Assembly (NCBI GenBank): GCA_964587045.1 | Contig: CAZPJY010000002.1 | Span: forward strand, 1 to 64,000 | DNA length: 64,000 bases | Source: an uncultured Methanosarcinales archaeon | GTDB lineage: Archaea > Nanobdellota > Nanobdellia > Woesearchaeales > CAZPJY01 | Direction of reading: 5' to 3' | The notes under the pieces: generated by a model | Database searches by the model: none | What the model saw: the letters and a program-made list of their open reading frames with translations, nothing else | What the model was told of the DNA's origin: nothing | Program-made: the position numbers and the translations under genes | In this document: one piece after another, positions 47,587 through 56,468 of the stretch | Layout of the letters: each line of letters begins with the position of its first letter | How positions within the stretch are numbered: the stretch's first letter is position 1

Positions 47587-47919
47587 ATGGAAGGGACAGC
47601 ATTAGGACTAAGCAACACCGACGAGATGGTTTGGTACCGGCTCGCTCCTGAGGATGCGACTCTGCAGGTGCTGAGCTCGATCTTCGACCTGAAGGACAAG
47701 CTCGCGCAGGAGGACTCAGAGGACCTGATGACCTACGCGGCCCTGACGGAGAACGGAGAGATATTCTTCCACAGGGAGACTGAGCAGTACGTCGCTTACT
47801 TCATCTTCAACCGGCAGCACGCTCACGTGCTCCTCAGGAAGACCTTTGAGTGGGAGCAGTTTAACACTCAGATGGAGGAGCTCTTCCGTTTCGTCGAGCC
47901 CAAGAACGAGGGGACTTAA
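47587..47919 (+). CDS. Hypothetical protein
   Basis: 110 aa, starts 1 nt after the smc stop. Confidence 0.65.
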   Translation: MEGTALGLSNTDEMVWYRLAPEDATLQVLSSIFDLKDKLAQEDSEDLMTYAALTENGEIFFHRETEQYVAYFIFNRQHAHVLLRKTFEWEQFNTQMEELFRFVEPKNEGT

Positions 47920-49043
47920 AGGTTCTCCAACACCTTGCTGATCTTTTCGACAGTGGTCTCCCAGCGGAAGCCGTTGACGATGGTCGCGCGGGCGTTCCTT
48001 CCCAGCTTAATCCTCAACTCCGGCTTTGAAACCAGATTCTCAAGGTGCTTGTACAGTATGTATGGCTCGTGGAATGGGAACAGCAGCCCGTTGTAGCCGT
48101 CCTTGATGTAGGATCTGACATACCCGACAGGTGTTGCGGCAACGGCGCACCCGCAGGCCATCGCCTCCATCGTAGCAAGGGAGGAAGTCTCGGTGAGCGA
48201 TGGGAGCACGAATATGTCCATCGCCTGCAGCCAGGGGACTACGTTGTCCACCGCTCCTGTGAGGATGATGCTATCCCTTGCCTTGAGGGTGCTCTTGACG
48301 TCCTTTACGCCCTCGCCGATGATGAGGAGCTTGACGTTGGGGAACTTCTTCTCCAGCCTGATGAATGCCCTGTAGAGCGTTATCAAGTCTTTCTCCCTAG
48401 CTATCCTTCCTGAAAAGCCGATGATGATATTGTTCTGAGAAAATCCTACTTGTTCCTTTGCCTTGGACTTGACTGTTGGGGGAGTGAACTTGCTAGTGTC
48501 AGTGCCGAGGTGTATCACTTCCTTCTTGGTGTCGATCTTGGCCCACCTGAAGATCTCTGCGACGTTGTATGAAGGTACCATGAGCACGTTGCAGCGCCTG
48601 TACAGGTCCCTTGCGAGATTCTTAATGAAGTGGTATGAGAATCTCTTTAAAGGGTTGTAAGGCGAGAGTCCCTTGGACACCAGGTCCCACTCGAACGAGT
48701 GTATGTACGCTGTCAGGGGTTTTTTGAGCTTCCTTGCCTGGTTGATGGTGGTCATGCCTATGGGCCCGATGGTCTGCGTCCACACCACATCCGCTGACTG
48801 AATCACCCTCCTGATGGACTTCTTCTGAAACCTGCTCGGGATGAAGTCTGCCACCTGGAACCCGTAGGTTGGGATCTTGACGACCTTGGTGCCCTCAATG
48901 TGTGGCGGTTCCTTGCCGAAGTCTGGGACTATCAGCGTTATCTTGAACTTCTCAGCAAGAGGTGGGACCACCTCTGAGAGGAAGCGTGAGATTCCGTCCC
49001 ACCTAGGGAGGTAGGAGTCCGAAGCTATGACGAGGTGCTTCAT
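47916..49043 (-). CDS. GT4 family glycosyltransferase
   Basis: ASDSYLPRWDG, GRIAREK, DIFVLPS.TETSSLATMEAMACG; true start ATG 49043. Confidence 0.92.
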   Translation of the reverse strand: MKHLVIASDSYLPRWDGISRFLSEVVPPLAEKFKITLIVPDFGKEPPHIEGTKVVKIPTYGFQVADFIPSRFQKKSIRRVIQSADVVWTQTIGPIGMTTINQARKLKKPLTAYIHSFEWDLVSKGLSPYNPLKRFSYHFIKNLARDLYRRCNVLMVPSYNVAEIFRWAKIDTKKEVIHLGTDTSKFTPPTVKSKAKEQVGFSQNNIIIGFSGRIAREKDLITLYRAFIRLEKKFPNVKLLIIGEGVKDVKSTLKARDSIILTGAVDNVVPWLQAMDIFVLPSLTETSSLATMEAMACGCAVAATPVGYVRSYIKDGYNGLLFPFHEPYILYKHLENLVSKPELRIKLGRNARATIVNGFRWETTVEKISKVLENL

Positions 49044-49696
49044 TTTATCTTCCAGAAAACCTCCGCATATTTTACTTTGTTCTGCAGTCCCAGCTTGAGG
49101 GCCTTGTAGTAGACTGACCAGAGCAACGATACCATCGAGACCCACTGGCTCTTGAAGCAGCGCAGGGCTTTGATCTTGATCTTGAAGGTGTCTGTGATGT
49201 CCACGACCAGCTTGGGCAAGTCCCGATCTTTGAGGTTCAGCGGCGTCCAAATGTCGTATGCGTAGACCTCGCACTGGCATCCGGTCCGCTTCAGGGTCTC
49301 CATTAGGAGCCTGTTCACCTGCTGGTGGTCTGGGTGCGGGTCGCCGCCAGAGTGGGTGAATATCTTGGAAGGATTCTCCTTTTGAAGGATAGCCCGGAGC
49401 TTGGCCTTGAACTTCTTCTCCTCAAAATCCTTTGCGAACCTGCCCTCCTTGAAGCCGAAGAAGACCACGCCAGACCCTCCTATCACCCTGTCTGCCGCCT
49501 GCGCCTCGCGCACGCGGGTCTCGACCGCGACCCGCCTCTGGAGCCAGGGATGAGTCATCTCACCGTATGAGAAGATGTATGTCTTGATGATCTTTCCTTC
49601 CTTGGCGTACTTGGCGACAGTGCCTCCCGGTCCGAAGATCTGGTCGTCGGAGTGGGCCCCAAAAACCAGGACGGTTTCCTTTGCTTGCTCTTCCAT
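49040..49696 (-). CDS. PIG-L family N-acetyl-sugar deacetylase
   Basis: AHSDD, R..EA, FTH...DPHPDH, K..AL....SQ. Confidence 0.9.
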   Translation of the reverse strand: MEEQAKETVLVFGAHSDDQIFGPGGTVAKYAKEGKIIKTYIFSYGEMTHPWLQRRVAVETRVREAQAADRVIGGSGVVFFGFKEGRFAKDFEEKKFKAKLRAILQKENPSKIFTHSGGDPHPDHQQVNRLLMETLKRTGCQCEVYAYDIWTPLNLKDRDLPKLVVDITDTFKIKIKALRCFKSQWVSMVSLLWSVYYKALKLGLQNKVKYAEVFWKIK

Positions 49697-49773
49697 GGGG
49701 GTGGAATGGTTTCTGTTGTAAATAAATGTTTTGGCCAGTTAGCTTTAAATATAGACATTTTTTCCACGCTACC

Positions 49774-50289
49774 ATGGAAAAGCTAAGGTTCAGCAAGGTC
49801 GAAAAATCGGTAGTTCAGAATGCTTTGGATTTCCAAGGTCCAGATGCGAAACCTTACGGGTATCTGCATTGGCTGGTGAGACCGACCCAACTGGTGGACA
49901 TAATTTATTCAGAAGGGGAAAGGGAAGTTTTGGTATACAACATTTTTACCGCTTATAACGATGGCTATAAGGGTGATTTCGAATTCGACAAGACTGTCAG
50001 GTACGGTGACCTAGCCCAGACTGTCGACGATTTCCTGGTATTCGGTGATAAGATTAATCTCGGCTTGCAGACTTCCCTCAATTCGAGAATGAAGGAAAGG
50101 ACAAAGGATTACGAGTGGAATATCCCTCTCATCAAGATAAATCCCTGCAGGAATAGGACACCACGGGGGGGATTGCTTGGTTTTCCCGGATTTTTCTCAA
50201 TACAGGGTTACGACGTGCGCCGCATAGATAAGGTCATAGGTATCATCAAGTCCACCCTAGTGAGCAAGCTGCTTGAACCGTATAGATGA
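49774..50289 (+). CDS. Hypothetical protein, paralog A
   Basis: Shares EVLV...DFL.F.DK...N.RMK.RTKDY.W..PL with the next gene. Confidence 0.7.
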   Translation: MEKLRFSKVEKSVVQNALDFQGPDAKPYGYLHWLVRPTQLVDIIYSEGEREVLVYNIFTAYNDGYKGDFEFDKTVRYGDLAQTVDDFLVFGDKINLGLQTSLNSRMKERTKDYEWNIPLIKINPCRNRTPRGGLLGFPGFFSIQGYDVRRIDKVIGIIKSTLVSKLLEPYR

Positions 50290-50344
50290 GCAAAATTCTT
50301 CTTATTACATTACCTTTAAATATTGATGTTTTTCCCACGCTGGT

Positions 50345-50839
50345 ATGACCAAGAACGAGTGCAGGTATGAGGCAGTTGGTAGGAGTATAACCAAGGTTGA
50401 AATCCAATTTGAGGATTCTCAGATAGATTACGGATGGGGCAAACCAGTTTCCGAGATATTAAAATCTGTTTACCGGCCCGAGGAGCTCGAAGTCCTTGTC
50501 TTCTCATGTTCTTCAATTTATGATGGATATGATTTTTGCCAGGCCTCCCGAATAGATGGGATCGATAAAATTGTGAAAGACTTCTTAATTTTTCGAGATA
50601 AGCAACATATGGTCGTCCGATCTTCTTTCAATAAAAGAATGAAACCAAGAACTAAGGATTATGTTTGGACCACGCCGCTCCTCGCATTACAAGAGACCTA
50701 CCGAAACAATTTGAGAATACATGTTGAGGGATACAACCCTGAGCGCATGAAGGAGATGGTTGAAGTAATCAAGGAAGAGATGGTCTACGGGGATAAGAGC
50801 CTGGCTATAGGGAATGAGGTAAATCAGGGACTGAGGTAA
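50345..50839 (+). CDS. Hypothetical protein, paralog B
   Basis: Same shared motifs as paralog A. Confidence 0.7.
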   Translation: MTKNECRYEAVGRSITKVEIQFEDSQIDYGWGKPVSEILKSVYRPEELEVLVFSCSSIYDGYDFCQASRIDGIDKIVKDFLIFRDKQHMVVRSSFNKRMKPRTKDYVWTTPLLALQETYRNNLRIHVEGYNPERMKEMVEVIKEEMVYGDKSLAIGNEVNQGLR

Positions 50840-50846
50840 ATTCCTA

Positions 50847-51118
50847 TCATCTGCGCTCGTTNNNNNNNNNNGCTCTAGCTTCTTGAGGAAAACCTCTTCT
50901 AGATTTATCTTGTGTATCCAGCAGAGCTTGTTCAGCTGCCAGAGTATATCGGCAACCTCACCCTCAAAATCCTCCCTCTTCTGCTTCTCCCGGACTGCCT
51001 CGCACACCTCGCCGACTTCCTCGACCAGGTGCAGCAGTACTTCTGTGCCGTCCTTCGGCAGGCATCCCTTCTTTTCCATCTGTTGCATCTGCCTTTCGCC
51101 TAACTCATGCAGGTCCAT
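50847..51118 (-). CDS. MazG-like NTP pyrophosphohydrolase (spans the N gap)
   Basis: LVEEVGEV.E, E.EVAD; after the gap reads NERR-stop, so the 143-aa ORF-track product is an artefact. Confidence 0.85.
50862..50871. other. Scaffold gap (10 N)
   Basis: Run of N. Confidence 1.
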
Positions 51119-51123
51119 TTAGT

Positions 51124-51663
51124 TCACCTCTCAAGGAATGAATTGAACTTCTCGAAAGCCTTCTTCCTGTGTGAAATTCGGTTCTTTTCCTCTGCTGGCA
51201 TCTCCGCAAATGTCTTCCTCTTACCAGCAGGCTGGAATATCGGGTCCCATCCGAAATTCGAGATTCCCCGCGCTTCCACAATCTTGCCCCTGACAACACC
51301 TTGGAAAACCTTAGGCGCTTTGCCTGGCTCGCAGTATCCGATCGTCACGATTGCCGAAGCCTTCTTGTCGCTAAATCCGTCGAGGAGCCGCGGGAGTTTC
51401 TCGACCCCAATCGCTTGCTCAAAGTCCTTGATATACGGTCCGGGCATGCCGCTGAGCGCGTCGAATGAGAGGGCCGTGTCCTCCACAAAGCAGGTCTCAC
51501 CCACTATCTCGGCTGCCATCGCAGCCTTCCGCTTCGCTATATCGATGGGCTTGCCCTGCAGCTCGGGAAGCTCAACCTTCATGCCAGAAATGTCGTGTCC
51601 CTTCAGTATCTGTCTTGCTTCCCTGAGCTTATTCCTGTTTCCAGTGACAAATATTAGTTTCAT
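51124..51663 (-). CDS. rdgB: Non-canonical purine NTP pyrophosphatase (RdgB/HAM1)
   Basis: FVTGN.NKL.E, ELQG, VEDT.L...ALSGMPGPYIK, FGWDPIF, TFAEM, KNRISHR. Confidence 0.94.
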   Translation of the reverse strand: MKLIFVTGNRNKLREARQILKGHDISGMKVELPELQGKPIDIAKRKAAMAAEIVGETCFVEDTALSFDALSGMPGPYIKDFEQAIGVEKLPRLLDGFSDKKASAIVTIGYCEPGKAPKVFQGVVRGKIVEARGISNFGWDPIFQPAGKRKTFAEMPAEEKNRISHRKKAFEKFNSFLER

Positions 51664-52058
51664 GAGATCCCCCTGATCCTGGTGTTCTTCTTCATCCACA
51701 TCATTATGTCTTCCTTGCTACGGAAGAACTCCGTGTAATATTCTCCCTCACCATTCTTTTCACATTCGTCCTGGTTGTATTCCCTGCAGACATCGGGGCG
51801 TTCCTTGTAGGTGGTGCACAGCTGGTTCTTGCCAAGGCCTGAGCAGGGAGTGCGGAACTCGACGAACCAATCGCCGTCGCCGTCGATAAAAACGTAGACA
51901 TTATGGTGGAGGACGTACCATATTATCTCATCGAAGTCGGATTTCTTCCTGGGTTTGTTGATATGTATCGTTACGTGCTCGCAGCATAGCGAGCAGCCCT
52001 CACACAGATGCTTGTTCCTCTCGTCGGGGTCGCGGACCCTGTGGTGTCCTATCGTCAT
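51660..52058 (-). CDS. YkgJ-family CxxCxxCC Fe-S/Zn cluster protein
   Basis: CEGCSLCC, PC..L....C..Y..RP..CREY. Confidence 0.87.
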   Translation of the reverse strand: MTIGHHRVRDPDERNKHLCEGCSLCCEHVTIHINKPRKKSDFDEIIWYVLHHNVYVFIDGDGDWFVEFRTPCSGLGKNQLCTTYKERPDVCREYNQDECEKNGEGEYYTEFFRSKEDIMMWMKKNTRIRGIS

Positions 52059-52220
52059 TGCGCGAAGGATGAGAGGTTGGTTTAAATAATTTTCCGAACC
52101 TTTCCGGACGGACAGAAGTTTTTTATATTATTACATCATTGCTGAAATACAATTGGAACATTTTCAATCTTGTTTTGTCTGATTCAAGCTTGATTAATTC
52201 TGATTGGAGGACTTTTCGAT

Positions 52221-52439
52221 ATGAAAGGACATAAGAAAAAGAATAAGGCAGGAAAGACCGTTGATTTCTCCAGGTTCAGCGACCTGAACCGGGGCGGTCA
52301 CGAATTCCAACAAAGGGAGAGGCACAAAGCAACCTGCGCTGATTGCGGAAAGGAATGCGAGGTCCCTTTCGTCCCGACTGAAGGCCGGCCCGTTTACTGC
52401 AGGGAGTGCTTCGCCAAGCGCAAATCACAAGGGTCTTGA
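52221..52439 (+). CDS. CxxC-x17-CxxC domain protein
   Basis: ATCADCGKECEVPFVPTEGRPVYCRECF; SD GGAGG. Confidence 0.88.
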   Translation: MKGHKKKNKAGKTVDFSRFSDLNRGGHEFQQRERHKATCADCGKECEVPFVPTEGRPVYCRECFAKRKSQGS

Positions 52440-52441
52440 AA

Positions 52442-52606
52442 ATGCCGAAATGCAAGAAATGTGGTAGCACTAACATAAGGAGCCGCAGGAACTACACCCA
52501 CGGGACCAAGTCCCGTCCGACCACGATCCTGAGATGCAAGGACTGTGGATCTTACGATCTCGAAGCAGAGCAGCAGAGGAATAGGAGAAATTTCCGGAGA
52601 AGGTGA
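52442..52606 (+). CDS. Small basic zinc-finger protein (54 aa)
   Basis: MPKCKKCGS...RCKDCGS; Arg-rich tail; starts 2 nt after the previous stop. Confidence 0.65.
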   Translation: MPKCKKCGSTNIRSRRNYTHGTKSRPTTILRCKDCGSYDLEAEQQRNRRNFRRR

Positions 52607-52614
52607 TGCTTGCA

Positions 52615-52686
52615 TGCGGCGGCCGGGATTCGAACCCGGATAGGCGGCTTGGAAGGCCGCAATCATAGCCATTAGATCACCGCCGC
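52615..52686 (-). tRNA. tRNA-Gly(TCC)
   Basis: GCGGCGG/CCGCCGC, GCGGC-CTTCCAA-GCCGC, CCGGG-TTCGAAT-CCCGG. Confidence 0.94.
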
Positions 52687-52763
52687 GGGCGGTTGAGAAG
52701 AACCGTCGTCACTTTATATAATTTTGCACAATCTTTTTAAACACGCCTAGATTCTTTTTGGGT

Positions 52764-54131
52764 ATGGTCCTTGACAAGCTAGGCAGCTCCCTGAAGGGGA
52801 CACTGCAAAAGATTGCGAAGTCGATGTTCGTAGATGAAAAGCTCATCAACGAGCTGGTGAAGGACATCCAGCGTGCGCTGCTGCAAAGCGACGTCAACGT
52901 CAAGCTGGTGTTCGACCTCTCAAAGCAGATCAAGGAGCGTGCTCTCAAGGAGGAGACGCCTCCCGGGCTCTCGAAGAAGGAGCACCTGATAAACATAGTC
53001 TACGAGTCTCTCGTCACCTTCCTGGGAGGGGAGGGCCTCAGGCTCGATTTCAAGAAGAAGCCGGTCGTCCTGATGCTCGTCGGCCTGTTCGGCAACGGCA
53101 AGACCACAACTGCCGGAAAGCTCGCCCACTATTACCAAAAGAGAGGCCGCAAGGTGGCCATGGTCCAGACCGACACTTGGCGTCCGGCAGCCTACACACA
53201 GCTCAAGACCTTGGGTGGTCAAATCAAGGTCCCGGTGTATGGAGACCCCAAAGGCAAGGACCCGGTTAAGATTTGGAAGGATTTTGCCCCGCAGAAGGGC
53301 AAGTTCGACCTGATCATCGTTGACACCGCGGGACGCGATGCTCTCTCTAACGACCTCATCAAGGAGCTCAACGGAATCAACGAGGCTGTCAGGGCAGACA
53401 CCCGCCTGCTGGTGATTGGAGCCGACGTCGGCCAGGCAGCGGAGAAGCAGGCCCGAGCCTTCCACGACACCTGCGGCGTCACCGGAGTGATCATCACGAA
53501 GCTCGACGGCACAGCCAAGGGTGGAGGGGCCCTCATAGCTTGCGCGGTGACAGAGGCGCCTGTGATTTTCGTGGGTGTTGGAGAAAAGATTGACGCTTTC
53601 GAGGAGTTCCGGCCCAAGGGTTTCGTTGGCCGTCTTCTGGGCATGGGCGACCTTGAAGCGCTGCTGGACAAGGCCAGGGAGGCCATCAGCGAAGAGGACG
53701 CAAAAGACATCAGCAAGAAGCTCCTGAAGGGTGACTTTAACCTAATAGACCTCTATGAACAGATGCAGGCCGTGCGCAAGATGGGTCCACTTTCTAAGGT
53801 GATGGAGATGGTTCCTGGCATGGGGCAGCTGAACATCCCAAAGGAGATGCTCAACGTGCAGGAAGGGAAGCTTGAGAAGTGGAAGCACATCATGGGCTCC
53901 ATGTCAAAGGAGGAGCTTGAGGACCCGGACATCATGTCTGTTTCACGCATCGATCGGGTGGCGAAGGGCTCAGGCATAGGTGCTTCGGAGGTAAGGGACC
54001 TGCTCAAGCAGTACAAGCAGTCCAAGAAGCTTATGAAGATGCTCAAGGGCGGCTCCCCCAAGTCTATGGAGAAGATGATGAAGCGCATGGGCGGAAAGGT
54101 CCCGGGAATGGGCAATGTCAGGATCAGGTGA
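52764..54131 (+). CDS. srp54: Signal recognition particle protein SRP54
   Basis: ALL.SDVN, GLFGNGKTTT, DTWRPAA, DTAGR, TKLDGTAKGGGAL, Met-rich M domain. Confidence 0.96.
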   Translation: MVLDKLGSSLKGTLQKIAKSMFVDEKLINELVKDIQRALLQSDVNVKLVFDLSKQIKERALKEETPPGLSKKEHLINIVYESLVTFLGGEGLRLDFKKKPVVLMLVGLFGNGKTTTAGKLAHYYQKRGRKVAMVQTDTWRPAAYTQLKTLGGQIKVPVYGDPKGKDPVKIWKDFAPQKGKFDLIIVDTAGRDALSNDLIKELNGINEAVRADTRLLVIGADVGQAAEKQARAFHDTCGVTGVIITKLDGTAKGGGALIACAVTEAPVIFVGVGEKIDAFEEFRPKGFVGRLLGMGDLEALLDKAREAISEEDAKDISKKLLKGDFNLIDLYEQMQAVRKMGPLSKVMEMVPGMGQLNIPKEMLNVQEGKLEKWKHIMGSMSKEELEDPDIMSVSRIDRVAKGSGIGASEVRDLLKQYKQSKKLMKMLKGGSPKSMEKMMKRMGGKVPGMGNVRIR

Positions 54132-54603
54132 GCTTCGAGTTAAGGATTTTCCTCAGCTTCTGGTATGCAGGTTGATTTTCAGGAAATAAGTAGTCGGTTA
54201 TCGATTCGATGATCCCATTCCTCTTAATGAGGTCATAGTACCCGTAGCCGATCTGCCTTGCTACGTTTTGGTGCCAACTGGCTGCGAGCGCCTGGTTGAC
54301 TTCATCTTCGTATCTGGGGTTGGTAATGCCGTTCACTTCTTTTGGGGTCTCGCATTTGATGTAATTCAACTGCTGCGTTAGGTCGATTATCTCCGCCAGC
54401 TTCAGTCGGAGCAGGCGGTCATACGATTTCATCAGCATCTTCACGCAGAACCCGTAAGCCTTCCTGACCCCATTTGGCCTGATGTCCTCATAGCCTTCCA
54501 CGAGATCAGCCAGCTTCCGGTAGGGCGTGTCGAATATGCCGAGCCTTTGCTTCTTCTCCAGAATCCGCGCTTCCAGAGTCTCGACGTACTCATCCTTATC
54601 CAT
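54124..54603 (-). CDS. Hypothetical protein (third gene of the transglycosylase operon)
   Basis: SD GGAGG; overlaps the upstream gene end. Confidence 0.6.
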   Translation of the reverse strand: MDKDEYVETLEARILEKKQRLGIFDTPYRKLADLVEGYEDIRPNGVRKAYGFCVKMLMKSYDRLLRLKLAEIIDLTQQLNYIKCETPKEVNGITNPRYEDEVNQALAASWHQNVARQIGYGYYDLIKRNGIIESITDYLFPENQPAYQKLRKILNSKLT

Positions 54604-55159
54604 TGGCATCCTCCAAGACGTCATCAAATGCGTGGTACAGCACAAACAGACCTGCTGAATTGATAGTGAGGTACTCGGAGGTAAGGGTGCTGGTCCTGCC
54701 GAACACCCTGTAAGTGGAAAAAAGGCGAAGCTCTGGATTTGGGCTCTCCTTGAGGTCTTGTACCCTGATGTCGTTTAGGAACTGCTTCTTCTCACGGCTG
54801 AAGTCGATACTGTAGAATTTCTTTCTGAGCTTCCCCAATGACAGCCTGTCAACCAGGAAACGGATTGAACCGTTGTCGTAGTGATCAAGGAACTTCTCAA
54901 GATGCTTTTTGCCGGTATCAATGATGTAATTTTTTGAAAGTGCTGGATCCAGGCACAGGTCACACTCCGGGCCCTGGTAATCGAATTCCTTTTCTGGGTG
55001 GTCGAGCATCGCCTGCCTCTGGGCTGAGAACCTGATTTTCTCTTCCCACGACAGGTCGAAATCCCGCGACCGCTCAGTGAGGGCGCTGATTATCTTGTCT
55101 TGGTTTTCGTGTAGGAACCTGCTGACGTGTTGGCAGTATAAGCTATTGGTTTTTTCCAT
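54596..55159 (-). CDS. Hypothetical protein (second gene of the transglycosylase operon)
   Basis: SD AGGTGA; overlaps the transglycosylase 3' end; one CxxC. Confidence 0.6.
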   Translation of the reverse strand: MEKTNSLYCQHVSRFLHENQDKIISALTERSRDFDLSWEEKIRFSAQRQAMLDHPEKEFDYQGPECDLCLDPALSKNYIIDTGKKHLEKFLDHYDNGSIRFLVDRLSLGKLRKKFYSIDFSREKKQFLNDIRVQDLKESPNPELRLFSTYRVFGRTSTLTSEYLTINSAGLFVLYHAFDDVLEDANG

Positions 55160-56468
55160 GATCTCTCACCTTCAGTTTTGCTCCTTCCAGGATTTTATGG
55201 TTTTTGAGTCCGTTCCATGCCATGATGTCAGATATGGATGTTCCGTACATGCGTGACAGGCGTCCAAGGGTCTCACCCTTCTTCACTATGTGGTGCTCCC
55301 CGGTATTTTCGGCCACGTTGATTTCGTAGAATTCCTTCGGGTCCATGAAAAGTTTGGGGTCCATCTTCACTGGCAGGCTCTCTTCTTGAGGCCCTCCGAA
55401 CAGGAAGGACATGGCATAGACCTTCCCGACGTATCTCTGTGTTTGCTCGAGGAACAGGTCTTTCATGACCCAGTAGTTGTTGGTCCGCATCTTCCTCCTG
55501 ACATCGTCGACGGTCTTCCTTCCGCAGTTGTACGCTGCGAGCGCAAGTGGGAAGGCCATTTGTTCTGGGTACTGCTCGTTTGAGAGCTCCTTTCTGTAGT
55601 ATTCGAAGTTGTCTAGGAGATGTTTTGTTCCAGCTTTGACGTTGCCTTTCAATTTCAATACGTTCTCTCCGTAGAGCTCGCCGGTCTCCTTGAGGACCTG
55701 CAGAAAACCGTAGGCTTTCGCCTTCGATTTGATGACTTTTCCGTCCTTGGTGTGGTAACCTTGGCTCTCGACTACCGCAAGCCCCTTTACCAGGGCCAGG
55801 TCAAGGTCGAGGTCATCGCACATGTCTTTTAGGATATCATTGTGCTGTTCGACCCTGTCAACGATTTCTTCATAAGTCCTGACCTCGAATATGGTGTTCA
55901 AGGCCTTGTAGTACTCAGCATATATGGTGTTCTCGACACCTTGTGTGTATTGGTCTGACGTCCAGATCAGCTTATCGATTCCGACCGCTTCGATCTTTTC
56001 GAATACCTCTTTGTTCGGGAAGAGGGTTTGCCTCTGTGCGATGTAGGCCTTGTTGATGGTTTCGGTCTTGGCAGCTATATCAGATATGGTCAGGGCGGTG
56101 TAGACAGCTGCGGGCAGTAGAATCGCGGAAGCTGCGTAGGCTGTTCTGTACATCCCCCGGACTGCGCCGCCCTTGTTGGTGTCGTAATCGTCGTAGGATG
56201 CTGAGAGCCTGTCAATCTTCTGCCTGTTCCTGCTCACGATGTTGGTTGCGCCTTTCGCTGCCAGCCCGGTGAGTCCTCCCAACACGATGTATGCTATGCC
56301 CAGAGCGCTCGGATTGCTCTGCATGGTGACCGTGTCGGTCATCTTGTGCGCCCCTATCACCCCTCCTATCACCGGGATGGATATCGCTGATGCGTAGAGG
56401 GCTGCTTTGAACCAGTTGGTCTTCCTGCCGATTCTCCTTTTCCTGATCTCTTCTTCTGTCTTGCGCAT
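55143..56468 (-). CDS. Membrane-anchored GH23 lytic transglycosylase with C-terminal LysM (MltD-like)
   Basis: 3 N-terminal TM; LAVVES (catalytic Glu), AYGFLQ, ALAAYNCG, QTQRYVGKV; LysM HIVKKGETL..LS..YG.SISDIMAWNGL. Confidence 0.88.
   Translation of the reverse strand: MRKTEEEIRKRRIGRKTNWFKAALYASAISIPVIGGVIGAHKMTDTVTMQSNPSALGIAYIVLGGLTGLAAKGATNIVSRNRQKIDRLSASYDDYDTNKGGAVRGMYRTAYAASAILLPAAVYTALTISDIAAKTETINKAYIAQRQTLFPNKEVFEKIEAVGIDKLIWTSDQYTQGVENTIYAEYYKALNTIFEVRTYEEIVDRVEQHNDILKDMCDDLDLDLALVKGLAVVESQGYHTKDGKVIKSKAKAYGFLQVLKETGELYGENVLKLKGNVKAGTKHLLDNFEYYRKELSNEQYPEQMAFPLALAAYNCGRKTVDDVRRKMRTNNYWVMKDLFLEQTQRYVGKVYAMSFLFGGPQEESLPVKMDPKLFMDPKEFYEINVAENTGEHHIVKKGETLGRLSRMYGTSISDIMAWNGLKNHKILEGAKLKVRDHGKNQ

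Noticed and set aside
49044..49280. N-terminal extension of the GT4 ORF
   Set aside because: Overlaps the PIG-L gene out of frame; the real start is ATG 49043.
50687..50846. C-terminal extension of the MazG ORF
   Set aside because: Frame artefact of the 10-N gap; the natural ending NERR-stop lies at 50847.
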